From contig CM074812.1 in assembly GCA_037447605.1 (NCBI GenBank), positions 2,728,001 through 2,792,000 on the forward strand: a stretch of DNA of 64,000 bases, given 5' to 3'. Each line of letters starts with the position of its first letter. Positions within the stretch are counted from its first letter, which is position 1. Shown here one piece after another: positions 30,641 through 46,676 of the stretch. The DNA is from Zygnema circumcarinatum SAG 698-1b. Taxonomy: Eukaryota; Plantae; Zygnematophyceae. The notes beneath the pieces were generated by a model that did no database searches, was not told the origin of the DNA, and saw only the letters and a list, made by a program, of their open reading frames with translations. The translations under genes were made by a program, and so were the position numbers.

Positions 30641-31929
30641 ATGTCGCCTCTGGCGAAGCTGGACCTGCCGTGGGATGCCTCCGCGGCTCTGAGCGCGTTC
30701 TTGGAGACCGTCCGATTGGTGGGTGCCGCCTCTCCTGGCCCTCCGATTCACACGCGCGAAGTTCGTACGGAGGTGCAGATGTCAGCGGGGCTGGAATTGG
30801 GGTTCGGAGAGGGAGGGGGAGGGGGGAGGGGGGAGGGGGTCACACGTGTGGAACGGGTGGGTTGAGAGCCGGAGAGAGGGAGAGAGGGGATGGGTTAGAG
30901 GGAGGTGGCGGAGACGAGGGAGGGAGGGAGTAAGGGGGGAGGGAGAGAGGGGGGGAGGAGAGGGAATGGAGGGAGGGAGGGGAGGGGGGGGGGGGAATGG
31001 AGGGAGTGGAAGGGGGGATGGAGGGAGGGGAACTAAACCAAATTCTCAACTTTTCAAATCAAGTGAGCCCCCTGAAACCCAGTCTCAGCGCTCCCCGATG
31101 GAAGAGGTGAGGGGGAAATGGAGGGAGGGAGGGGAGTGGGGGATGGAGGGAGAGGAGGGAGGAAGGGAGGTAGGGAGACATGGAGGAGGCAGGGAGGGGA
31201 GAGAGGGTGGGAGCGGATCGTGAGGAGAGTTAGAACAGAGAGGAGTGGGAGTTGAGGGTATAGGGAGAGAGGGAATGGAGAAGAAATTGAGGCGAGGAAG
31301 GGCGGAGGAAGCGGAGAAAAAGAGGGGAGAAGGGAGAGGGGGGAGGAGAGAGATTTTGTGTGTGGGTGAGAGAGAGGGAGAGGGAGAACGAGAGACATGG
31401 TAGTGGAATGTAACCCAAACCCCAAAACCTAAACCTTGAACCCTAAACCCTGAAACCCTAAACCCTAATTTTTCCCTTCGTTTTCTTTCTCGTTGTGTGC
31501 CTCTAGCGGACCGCCCCCGTTTCCGGATTTTCCGAATTTTTTTTTACTGAAAGTTCCGACCAGAAGTCAAAGTCCACCGTCCAACCCGAACCCGACAGTG
31601 CGGAATTCGTTTCCGCATTGGCCGCCGGTACGGATTCCAAAACTATCATAGAAATCGACAGCACTTCGGAAACCAAAATTTTTGGGTTGGCTTTGGCTGC
31701 CCGACAAATCGGAGGGCGGATGGTGTCGATTGTGAGGGGCGAAAAAAGTACGGAAATCGCAGCGGGCAGGCGAAAAATTGCGGAAAGAATGGGGTTGGAA
31801 AAAAGTGTGGTATTTGAGGAGGGAGTGGACCGGCTGAAGGAGGTTGAAAATGTTCAGTTTGTAATGTGGGGTGGGGAGGGAGAGGAGGGGTTTCTGGGGG
31901 ACTTGCAGGTGAGGGCTCTGTCTCTCTTC

Positions 31930-32003
<74 letters not shown>

Positions 32004-32345
32004 CTCTTTCTCTCCTCCGAGAGACGTTAGTTAAGGACAGAGTCCTCTACAGAGTGAGAGAGAGGGGGTCTCAGAATGATACTAACTTTTTTTTTTTTTG
32101 GTCTCGGGCAGCTCGCAGAAAGCGGCGCTCTTTTGGTGAGAGACGATTATTTTTGTCGGAGAAAAACGGAAACTTTTTCCTCGTCCGATTTTTTTTCGAG
32201 TTCTAAAAATAAAAATTTCCGGTCAGCCGTTCTGCCAATCGGGAAGGGGCTGAAGGTCACGTGGGTCGCCGGATTTTCCGGGCAGCTCGAAAAAAAAGAA
32301 GAAGCGGCGTTTCCGCAAGCGGCTTTTGTACCGGTGGCGGCATAA
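30641..32345 (+). CDS. DUF1442-family protein (SAM-methyltransferase-like fold)
   Basis: Exons 30641-30718 (MSPLAKLDLPWDASAALSAFLETVRL), 31564-31908 (alternative in-frame acceptor 31507; AEFVSALAAG...GLALAARQIGGRMVSIV) and 32112-32345 (RSAVLPIGKGLKVTWV). These match the WSxxxAxxAYxxTV, ELISAMAAG and RSVFLPVGKGL motifs I recall for plant DUF1442. Confidence 0.78.
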
Positions 32346-33004
32346 CGACAAAAAGGGGAGCTGCCCGAGCGAGAAAAAAAGTTTTATATACATGATGTAT
32401 GATATATAGAAATGAAGAAATAAAAGAATGGGAGATTTTTTCTGCTGCCCGTTCTTCCAAGTGTACAGGTATTTGCCGAGAAACCGAGGAAAAAAAAAGG
32501 GGGATGTTGGTCAACCGAGGAGGATAGGAGTAATTATTGCAAGGAAGCTTCCAGGAAGGTTAGTGTCCTTTGTGACCATTTTTAGTCAACTTTTAGACGT
32601 TGAGTTCTTGCTTTGATTTTTTTATTTATTTCTCGTTCAAATTTCGTGTGTTTAAATACTAATTAAAATTAATTATTATTAATTTTTGTTCCGCTGATTG
32701 GGGATGATTTGTTCCTTCTATGTGAATGAGAGAGGGGGATAGGGCGCGAAAGTGAAGAGAATGAGGGAGAGGGGGGGGGGGGGAGAGAGAGAGAGAGAGA
32801 AAGAAAGAAATAGAGAGAGAGAGAGAGGGAGAGATAGAGAGGAAGAGAGAGACAGAGGGTGAAGAGAGGGAGGGAGACTGTACGAAGCGGAGAGAGCGCG
32901 AGAGGGAGAAAGAGAGAGAGGGAGATAGAGAGGAAGAGAGAGGGTGATGGAGAACGAGGGACGGAGACTGTGAGAGAGAGAATTGAGGCAGAGAGAGGGG
33001 AAGA

Positions 33005-33104
<100 letters not shown>

Positions 33105-33261
33105 GAGAGTTCAGGCTTGGAGGGTTTTGTGAGGAGCCTAACATTGCTATTAATTGTCTTTCACTTTTTGCAGAATTATTATTTCGACCTTTCTTCTATG
33201 AAGCGCGGTTTCTATCTAAGATTGGAAACAAAAAACTGTACCTCTTTCTTTGGCTGTAACG

Positions 33262-35985
33262 GTTTCCTTTACATAGAAACTGGAGGAGCATTTTTTTTTT
33301 TTTTTCCCGAGTTTTTTGCATGTCTTCAATGGTGAAGGGTTGCAGCTCGACAGCATGGAACGGGCACTCAGTTACGTTCCGTTAAACGGTAGTCGCTACG
33401 GTTCTATGTTTGTATGGAGCGTCGCTTTTTTTTTAGAGAGTGACCGTTCGTTGCAAGGAATCCAATTGGACCCTTTATAATGTATGATTGGGTGAATACA
33501 TGGATGGATGGGTTTTTCCAAACGGTTTTATAGAAAACTTTTGGCCACATTTTTACTTTTCGATCTTAACATTCGTGTACTCACAAACGTTGAAGAGTGA
33601 ATTATTTTTATAAATATAAAAATCTATCTTTTAGTTGTGGGGGGATGCTTCGGAGGATTTGGGTCTTTGGAAATTTTGGATTTTGGCATGCTGGATGTTT
33701 TAGGGTTTTAAAGGACCAAGGTCTAAGTAAAGAGGGTTTTACACTCACACTCCCTCTCCCTCTCCCTCTCCCTCTCTCTCTCCCTCCCCCTCTCCCTCTC
33801 CCATGCTTCTTGTAGAGCAACTTCAACTTCAACCTCTCCTGCAGGACCGGTTTCTTGTCACCAAAAGAAGGAAAAAAATGAAGAAAGGACTTATTATTGA
33901 CTTCCAAAAAAGGATACATTCACTTAAACGAGGGATTAGAAGTCAATCGAAAATATTTGACTTTGGCTTTCAATGTTAGCACATTATTTCTGCCAGGACT
34001 TTTTTTTTTCACTCCTGCCCGGACAGCTACCACTGCCCGCACTCCTAACAACTAAAACCATTCCTTCATCCATAAAACATTTTTTTCCCTGCCTGCAAGA
34101 AAACTGCTTCTCTACTTCACGAGCATCCTTTCGTCCTTCACCTTTTCGAACGATCAATAAAAAAAAAGGCGAAAAAAAAGGACCTTCTACTACTATAGCG
34201 CTTAACTATACAGTGCTCCCACCCCCCCGCCCGCCCCTCTCTCTCTCTTTGCCTCCCACCCTCTCACTCACTCTCTCTCTCTCTCTTTGTCTCTTCCCCC
34301 TCCTCCCTCTCTCTCTGTTTCTATTTACCCTTACCATACATTGTCTTCATCCCTTACTCTTCCTCTCCCTCAGTTTTCCACTCTCCCTCTCTACCTCCCC
34401 TCTCCATCTCGCTATCTCTATCCTCTCCCTGCCCTCAACATAGACCATGGACCTTCGCGCACCGTCGCCATGTACCATGCTTTTTACAAAATCAGTTCAA
34501 ACCCCTTTAATAGTAAGCCTTAACCGGTTGTCCTATATGTTCGTTTCCCTCCAATACAGCCAGTTCTATCCTCCCCCCTACTCTCTCTCTCTCCCTCTCT
34601 CCCTCTCCTTCTCCCTCCCCCTATCCCACTTCCTCCCCCTCCCCCTCTCCCTCTCCCTCNNNNNNNNNNGTTTCCTTTACATAGAAACTGGAGGAGCATT
34701 TTTTTTTTTTTTTCCCGAGTTTTTTGCATGTCTTCAATGGTGAAGGGTTGCAGCTCGACAGCATGGAACGGGCACTCAGTTACGTTCCGTTAAACGGTAG
34801 TCGCTACGGTTCTATGTTTGTATGGAGCGTCGCTTTTTTTTTAGAGAGTGACCGTTCGTTGCAAGGAATCCAATTGGACCCTTTATAATGTATGATTGGG
34901 TGAATACATGGATGGATGGGTTTTTCCAAACGGTTTTATAGAAAACTTTTGGCCACATTTTTACTTTTCGATCTTAACATTCGTGTACTCACAAACGTTG
35001 AAGAGTGAATTATTTTTATAAATATAAAAATCTATCTTTTAGTTGTGGGGGGATGCTTCGGAGGATTTGGGTCTTTGGAAATTTTGGATTTTGGCATGCT
35101 GGATGTTTTAGGGTTTTAAAGGACCAAGGTCTAAGTAAAGAGGGTTTTACACTCACACTCCCTCTCCCTCTCCCTCTCCCTCTCTCTCTCCCTCCCCCTC
35201 TCCCTCTCCCATGCTTCTTGTAGAGCAACTTCAACTTCAACCTCTCCTGCAGGACCGGTTTCTTGTCACCAAAAGAAGGAAAAAAATGAAGAAAGGACTT
35301 ATTATTGACTTCCAAAAAAGGATACATTCACTTAAACGAGGGATTAGAAGTCAATCGAAAATATTTGACTTTGGCTTTCAATGTTAGCACATTATTTCTG
35401 CCAGGACTTTTTTTTTTCACTCCTGCCCGGACAGCTACCACTGCCCGCACTCCTAACAACTAAAACCATTCCTTCATCCATAAAACATTTTTTTCCCTGC
35501 CTGCAAGAAAACTGCTTCTCTACTTCACGAGCATCCTTTCGTCCTTCACCTTTTCGAACGATCAATAAAAAAAAAGGCGAAAAAAAAGGACCTTCTACTA
35601 CTATAGCGCTTAACTATACAGTGCTCCCACCCCCCCGCCCGCCCCTCTCTCTCTCTTTGCCTCCCACCCTCTCACTCACTCTCTCTCTCTCTCTTTGTCT
35701 CTTCCCCCTCCTCCCTCTCTCTCTGTTTCTATTTACCCTTACCATACATTGTCTTCATCCCTTACTCTTCCTCTCCCTCAGTTTTCCACTCTCCCTCTCT
35801 ACCTCCCCTCTCCATCTCGCTATCTCTATCCTCTCCCTGCCCTCAACATAGACCATGGACCTTCGCGCACCGTCGCCATGTACCATGCTTTTTACAAAAT
35901 CAGTTCAAACCCCTTTAATAGTAAGCCTTAACCGGTTGTCCTATATGTTCGTTTCCCTCCAATACAGCCAGTTCTATCCTCCCCC
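33262..35985. repeat. Apparently identical direct duplication of about 1.3 kb (33262-34577 and 34670-35985, offset 1408) across a 10-N gap
   Basis: ORF translations are identical in both copies; the second copy starts immediately after the N gap at 34660-34669. Confidence 0.85.
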
Positions 35986-36224
35986 TCATTTCTCTTCTCC
36001 CTTCTCCCTCCCCTCCCTCCCTCTCCCTCCTCTCCCTCTCCCTCTCCCTCTCCCTCTCCCTCTCCCTCTCCCTCTCCCTCCTCTCCCTCTCCCTCTCCCT
36101 CTCCCTCTCTCTCCCTCCCCTCTCCCTCTCCCTCTCCCTCTCCCTCCTCTCCCTCTCCCTCCCTCTCCCTCCCCTCCCCCTCCCCTCCCTCCCTCCCTCC
36201 CTCCCCGCCAAAACAACTCCTACT

Positions 36225-39849
<3,625 letters not shown>

Positions 39850-41029
39850 CGGGGACGGGGAGGGGAGGGGAGGGGCCCTCTACCCTAAACCCTACGCTTC
39901 CCTCTCTCTCTCTCTCACTGCCTCTCTCTCCCTCTCCCTCTCCCTCTCCCTCTCCCTCTCCCTCTCTCCCTTTCCCTCTCTCACTCCCACTCTCCCTTTC
40001 TCTCTCTCCCTCTCTCCCTCTCCCCCTCTCTCACTCTCCCTCTCTCCCTCTCTCCCTCTCCCACTATCTCCCTCTCCCTCTCACTCTCTCTCCCTTCTCC
40101 CTCTCCCCCTCTCTCCCTCTCCCTCTCCCTCTCCCTCTCCCTGTCCGTCCTTCCAGCGTCTGAACCCTGACTCCAAAAGCCGTCTGACCAAACCAGAAAT
40201 TATTTCGGCCCAACCTGCCCAAACTCTTTCTATTTCCCGCAGGAAATTTTCCGCTGCCCAGCCCCTGAATGGCCCCTGAACCCTCCGGTCCACACGCCGG
40301 CGGGCAGTCGAAAACCCTCCGATTCCTCATTAAAATCTTTATTTTCCCCTGCCGCACCTGCCCGAAAAACATTTTCCCATTCCGGCGGTACTGCTCCGCG
40401 GGGGAAAGTGAGGAGTCGGAGCGACGCGTAGCTGTCAACGGCTTCTGAGAACGGTCTCCGCCAATCATGGAATGCCACGTGGGAGATTCGTGTCGGTAGA
40501 AACAATGAAATATTGATACGTAGAAAATTCGTGTTGATGTAGCCAATTATATGTTGCCACATGGCATATGAGATTGCCAGAATTTTTCACACGTGCGTTT
40601 TGGTACCGCCTTATCTGTCAGTTTACAGGTTCAGGTACAAAATGGTACGGGTGACCTGTGCGGAACGACAACCATTCGACTGGTTTGGAACCAGTGGATG
40701 CCACTGGTTGGCAACCAGTCGACTGGTTGCCAACCAGTGAACGTCCAACCATTGCCATCCAATGGTTGTCCAATGGTTGCCGATCCACTGGTCCAAACTG
40801 TGAAAAGAAGCATCACGGGGAACCACGAGGGACTGGTCGCAGAGGACCTAAGCACAACAGAAAGAAGCTAAGAGAGGGAAGCTACGCCTAGGCGCACCAA
40901 CGCAGCCCTCCCTAGAAGCAGCCGCGAAGGTCACCGATGTGCGGCAAATCGCGAGGGAGCGGCGGTAAGGCCACCGACACGGTCACCAACAACCGCAGCA
41001 CATTTGCCATTCGTACGGTTTGGACTTTT

Positions 41030-41236
41030 ATATGGATGCCACACGTGTTGAGAAACGCCTCCTGGCCGTTGGATGCTACATGTCTGAGAAACCCCTCCTG
41101 GCCGTTGGATGCCACATGCGTCAGAGACCCCTCCTGGCCGTTGGATGTTGCACGTGTGAGATACCCTCCTGGCCGTTGGATGCCACACTTGTGAGAAACC
41201 CCTCCTGACCGTTGGATGTCACAAGTGTGAGAAAAT
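41030..41236. repeat. 36-bp minisatellite, about 5.5 copies (TGAGAAACCCCTCCTGGCCGTTGGATGCCACATGTG-like)
   Basis: Units start at 41049, 41085, 41121, 41157, 41192 and 41228. Confidence 0.9.
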
Positions 41237-42353
41237 TTACCTTTATAGACGATATATCGCACAACAATATCGAAATCGATACTTCTTTATCGATATTGTA
41301 TTGGTTATTCGATATAATAGACGATCTATCCCGATATTTTTTAGGATTTGGCGGCCGCCATGTGCGGGCCACGTGGCATTTTCTTGCCCGTTTATTGGAT
41401 CCTCCCTCCCTCCCTCCCTCTCTTCCTCTCTCACTCCATCTCTCCCTCCTTCCCACTCTCACTCGCTCTGTGACACGTGGCGCTCCCCCTCGCCTGCGTT
41501 TGTCGTCTTGCGCAGTCTGTGAGTGGCTTTTTAGGGTTTGAGGGTTCAGAGGCAGAGACTTTACAATGTACTTTTCATTTCTTTTGTTCATTTTGACTCC
41601 CTGCATTGCCCCTGCGACCTCTCTCCTTCTCTCTCTGTGCTCTCTCTCTCTTTTTGCTCTCTCTCCCGCAATCTGTTCTCCCTCTCTCGGTGCTCCCTCT
41701 CTCTCCCGCTGTCCTCCCCCTCCCTCCCTCTATCCCTCTTCTCTCTCACAGTCTGCCTATCTCTCTCGCACGCTCTCTCACTCTCTTCCTTTCCCTCCCC
41801 TTATTTCTCCTCCTCTCTCTCCACCTGTCTCTCTCCACTTCCTTCCCCTCTTTCTCCTCCTCTCCCTCTCCCTCTTGGTCTTCCCTCTCCCTCTTGCTCT
41901 TCCCTCTCCCTTCCCTTCTCTCCCTCCTCTCGCTCCCCCTCTCTCTCTCTCCATTCCCTCCCCGTCTTCCTCCTCCTCTCCCTCCCCCTCCTTTCCCCAA
42001 GAAAGCCTGTAGACTCAAAACGCTGAAAATTTTGAACTTCAAGTTCAAATCTTTAACCATTAAGTCGATTACATGGAAAGGTTCAATGTTTTTTCAGAAT
42101 TATTTTCTTCTTAATCATTCCAACTGAAACCTTAAACTTTAAACCCTAACTCATAATCCCATACTCGAAATCTGAAACCCTTATTCTAAATCCTAAACCC
42201 TAAAAAGCTTAAAAAGTTTAAAACTTTGTCTTGAACTCTGAACCCTACACCGTCTTCAAATGAACTCAAAACCTGTCGTCGTGTTTTTTTTTTTGGGGGG
42301 GGGTGCCAGTGAGGTCCCACGTGGCAATCTGCAAGGCTGCCACGTCAGACGTA

Positions 42354-43238
42354 ATGACGTCTGCAGGCTACCACGTGGCAGTGCTGACATCATTTCCCGT
42401 CATTCAGACGCTTCCCACAGAGAGGAGAGCGGCATCGCTGACGTCAGCAAAGTGCTGTCCGTTGTCAAAATGTGGTCTTACTGCTGACGTGGCATGGATC
42501 TCGAGAGCTGTTCGGGGTGCCACGTGGCATTCGGGGATGGGTCGGAGATCCGGCAGCTCAGCTCTTTGTAAGTGGGAAGAGGGAGGGGAAGCGGAGAGGG
42601 AGAGGGAGAGGGAGAGGGAGCGGGAGACGGAGAGGGAGAGGGAGAGGACGAAGGAGAGGGAGAGGAAGAGGGAGAGGGAGAGGAAGAGGGAGAGGGAGGG
42701 GAAGCGGAGAGGGAGAGGGAGAGGGAGAGGGAAAGGGAGAGGGAGAGGGAGAGGGAGAGGACGAGGGAGAGGGAGATGAAGAGGGAGAGGGAGAGGAAGA
42801 GGGAGAGAGAGGNNNNNNNNNNAGAGGGAGAGGGAGAGGGAGGGGAGGGGGAGGGAGAAGGTAGGAGGGGGGAAGGGGGAGGGATGATAGAGAGGAGGGA
42901 GGTGGGACGGGGAAGTGAGGAGGGGGAGGGAGTGAGGGAGGGGGGGAGAGAGAGGGAGGGAGGAGGGAGGGGAGAGGGGGAAGGGTGAGGAGAGGAAGAG
43001 GGGCCGGCTGACATACCCACTGTAGTTTCGTTTTTCCCATTGTTACTATTTACGAAATGTTCTGTTGTTCAGTTTATCTCTCACCTTAATCATAATTTCA
43101 ACATTTTCATTTTTTTCTTTACATGCGTCTATTTCAGGCGTGAAAGCGATTTCCAGTAACGAATTTCGAACGGGAACGAACATAGAACTGGAGGATGCTC
43201 CATGGCGAGTGCAAGGTAACGTAAACATCTAAAACACG

Positions 43239-43298
<60 letters not shown>

Positions 43299-43425
43299 AC
43301 TCTTTCCCCCGCCTCTCTGCGAAACTATGCAATTCACACCTGCGCTCTCTCCCTTTCTCTTCCTATCTATCACCCTGTGTGACTACCTCTGGCCCCTCTC
43401 TCTCTGTGGCTCTCTCCCGCGCGCC

Positions 43426-43473
<48 letters not shown>

Positions 43474-43772
43474 CCCACCCCCCCCTTGTTATTTCCAGAA
43501 TTTCTTCACGTGAAGCCTGGCAAAGGAGCTGCTTTCGTTCGAACAAAGTTAAAAAATTACCTTACTGGAAACACTGTGGAGAAAACTTTTCGGGCAGGCG
43601 AATCGGTGCGTTTTTTGGCCCTCTATCAACCTATCATGGGTGTTGAGATAGAGGTATGAGTGAGGGAGAGAATGTGGGAGGGAGGGAGGGAGGGAGGGAG
43701 GGAGTGAGGGGGGGAGGGAGTGAGGGAGGGAGGGGGAGGCCATAGGGAGAGCGTGGGGGAGGGGTAGATTGA

Positions 43773-43804
<32 letters not shown>

Positions 43805-45523
43805 TCAAGGGAGGGTGGGATCGCTTCGGATCCATCTGAGGATTGGATCCACCAACGGAACCATTACCGGATCCAATATTGGATTCAACTCAGATTGGAT
43901 CCACCACTGGATCCACCCATCATGAGATCAACCTTTCCTTCGAGATCCACCAATCACCACTTCTTTCCAGATCCACCGCCGGTCGAAAGGCTTAACGTGC
44001 AATTGGTCAGTTCATATGTTCCATGGAATGCGTATGTAACGGATTCCGTTGTCGCTTACGGAACGGTGGCACATGGAACGGGACAGGTCGATGAGGCCTC
44101 TGTAGTGAAAGATGTGAAGCAGTACACATACATGGATGGAGACAGCTATGTTTTTATGGACATGGTAAGGACGCATACATCTCGCTCTAAAGTAAACTGG
44201 TGCGGAAGTTAAAGTTGAAGTTATAGTTAAATCTGAAGTTAAAGTTAAAGTTAAAGTAATAGTTTAATCTGAAGTGAAAGCTAAAGTTAAAGTTGAAGTT
44301 AAAGTTATAGTTAAATCTGAAGTTAAAGCTAAAGTTAAAGTTAAAGTTAAAGTAATAGTTTAATCTGAAGTTAAAGCTAAAGTTAAAGTTGAAGTTAAAG
44401 TTATAAAGCTAAAGTTAAAGTTAAAGTTAAAGTTAAAGTTATAGTTAAATCTGAAGTTAAAGCTAAAGTCAAAGTTATATTTAAATTTGAAGTTAACGCT
44501 AAAGTTAAAGTTAAATCTGAAGCTAAAGCTAAAGTTAAATCTGAAGCTAAAGCTAAAGTTAAAGTTATCTAGTTAAATCTGAAGTTAAAGCTAAAGTTAA
44601 AGTTACATCTGAAGCTAAAGCTAAAGTTAAAGTTATAGTTAAATCTGAAGTTAAAGCTAAAGTTAAAGTTATATTTAAATCTGAAGCTAACGTTATAGTT
44701 ATAGTTAAATCTGAAGTTGAATATCCAAGTAACGTCGTGTTTCTGAACCCTAAAAACCCCATTTCTTATGTTTACTGTCCTCCCTCCTCCCCTTCCCTCT
44801 CTGTTTCTCTCCACTCTTATCCACTCCTCCCTCCTTCCCTACCTCGCTTCTATGTGCTCCCGCCCCCTCCCTCTCTCTCTCTCCCTCACTCACTCTCAAC
44901 CCACTCCGATCCCTCCATCTCACTGTCTTTCTGGCTCGAGATCCCTTTCCCCGCTCTCTTTCCCTCTCTTTCCCTCTCCACCCCTCGCCCCTCTCGCTCT
45001 CTCTCTCTCTCTGCCCCCACTCTCTCTCACTCAACCCCTTTCCCCCCTCCCTTTCTTTTAGGTGACATTTGAGGAGGTCCAAATTAGCAGCACATCTTTG
45101 GGCGATAATTTGAAGTGGCTGAAGGAGGGGATGGAGTGCACAGTGCTGACGTGGAGGGACAAGGCAGGAGACCCTCCCTCTCCCACTCCCTCTCCCTCTC
45201 CCCCACCCACTCCCTCTCCCTCTCCCTCTCCTCGCCCCCCCACTCTTTCTACGTCCTTAGAGAGGTAGAGAGAGAGAGAGAAAGTGTGAGAGAGAGAGAG
45301 GACACCATCCTGTTCCCGTTCTCTTCCGTTTCGGTTTCCGTTTCCGTTCCGTTCTGAGGTGTTCCATGTGACGCAGGTGATCACCATCGAACTGCCGATC
45401 AATGTGCAGTTGAAGGTCACTCAGGCAGACCCCGGACTCAAGGGAGATACGGCTGGCAGCGGTACGTCTTCTCTCTCTCTCTCTCTCTCTCGCTCTCTCT
45501 CACTCACTCTCTGTCTCTCTCTC

Positions 45524-45568
<45 letters not shown>

Positions 45569-46277
45569 GTCGCCCACTCTCCTCTCTCTCTCTCGCTTTC
45601 CGTCCCAACCCCTGCCCCTTCGGGTTGTTTTACTGTCCGCCATTCCTCCTCCCTGTTCCTCTCCCACTTCCTCTCCCCCGTCCTCTCCCTCTTCCTCTCC
45701 CTCTCCTCCTCTTCCTCTCCCTCTCCCCTTCTCTCGCCCTCATCCTCGCGCTCCCCCTCTCCCCCTCCCTCTGTGTCTCTCTTCCTCTGCATTACTGTGT
45801 GCCTCAGCCTCTCCTTTCGTGTTTCCCTTTGCCTCTCCATCTTTGCCTCCCTCTCTCTCTACCCTTTCACTTCTCTCTCTGTTTGGGTCGTTTCCCTCCC
45901 TGTCCCTCTCACTCTCCATCTCCCTCTTCCTCTCCCTTTCCCTCTCCCTCTCCTACCTGCTGCTCCTCTCCTTCCATTCCTCCCTCCATCCCTCCCTCCC
46001 TCCCTCCCTCCCTCACTCCTCACACTCTCTCCCTCAGCCCTCCTTGACATTCCCTCCCGTCTTTCTTCCGATTATCCTTCTTCTCAGCAAACTGTAATTA
46101 TCTATTTATATTTTTGTAAAATTTTCGGGTACAAATGGGGTGTATGACGATCCTGCAGGCGCCACCAAGGCCTGCACTGTAGAGACCGGCGCGTCCGTAC
46201 AGGTTCCTCTTTTTGTGGAAGAAGGGGACACAATTCTTGTGGACACTCGCACGGGCAATTACATGAGCAGAGTTTAG
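42354..46277 (+). CDS. efp: Plastid-targeted translation elongation factor P, 260 aa
   Basis: Exons 42354-42567 (Ser/Thr/Arg-rich transit peptide), 43138-43215, 43499-43605, 44087-44164, 45062-45163, 45377-45461 and 46159-46277, all in phase. Motifs [57 protein letters not shown]. Intron 5 is GC-AG. Confidence 0.95.
44207..44718. repeat. AT-rich hexamer minisatellite (AAAGTT/AAAGCT/ATAGTT/TCTGAA) in EF-P intron 4
   Basis: About 500 bp with a 6-bp period and a recurring longer TCTGAAGTTAAAGCTAAAGTT unit. Confidence 0.9.
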
Positions 46278-46676
46278 TTACAGTTCCAGTGACAGTTACC
46301 GTTCCAGTTATCCCGTCCCCAGTTCCAGTCTGTATTCTTCTTCTTCATGTGACCCAAGATCCGGCCTCCATGTTCCATGTCGCTCCGTTCCGTTCCATTC
46401 CGGTCCGTTCTGTTCCGTTCTGTTCAAAGGAACAAGGAGACTCAGTTTTGAGATTTAGGCGTTAGAAATCGGCGTATTCTTGGACCCCACTTTGGATGAA
46501 AAGAATTTATTTCCAGTTTTGGCCCCAAAAGAAGAGAAGCGATTTAGTAAGCAAAGCCTCGATAATCTTTCGATTACTTTATCCAAAAAATGCCCTAAAG
46601 TTAACTACTCGATATAAAGTCACTTAGACCCGTACAGTACGAAACATGTGACTCAATGTTACGGCAATTGTCCCAC

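Noticed and set aside
41030-41236. CRISPR-like array or zinc-finger repeat (CGIQRPGGVSHT periodicity)
   Set aside because: Units are contiguous 36-bp tandem copies without unique spacers, no cas genes are present, the context is eukaryotic, and Cys/His spacing does not fit a C2H2 finger.
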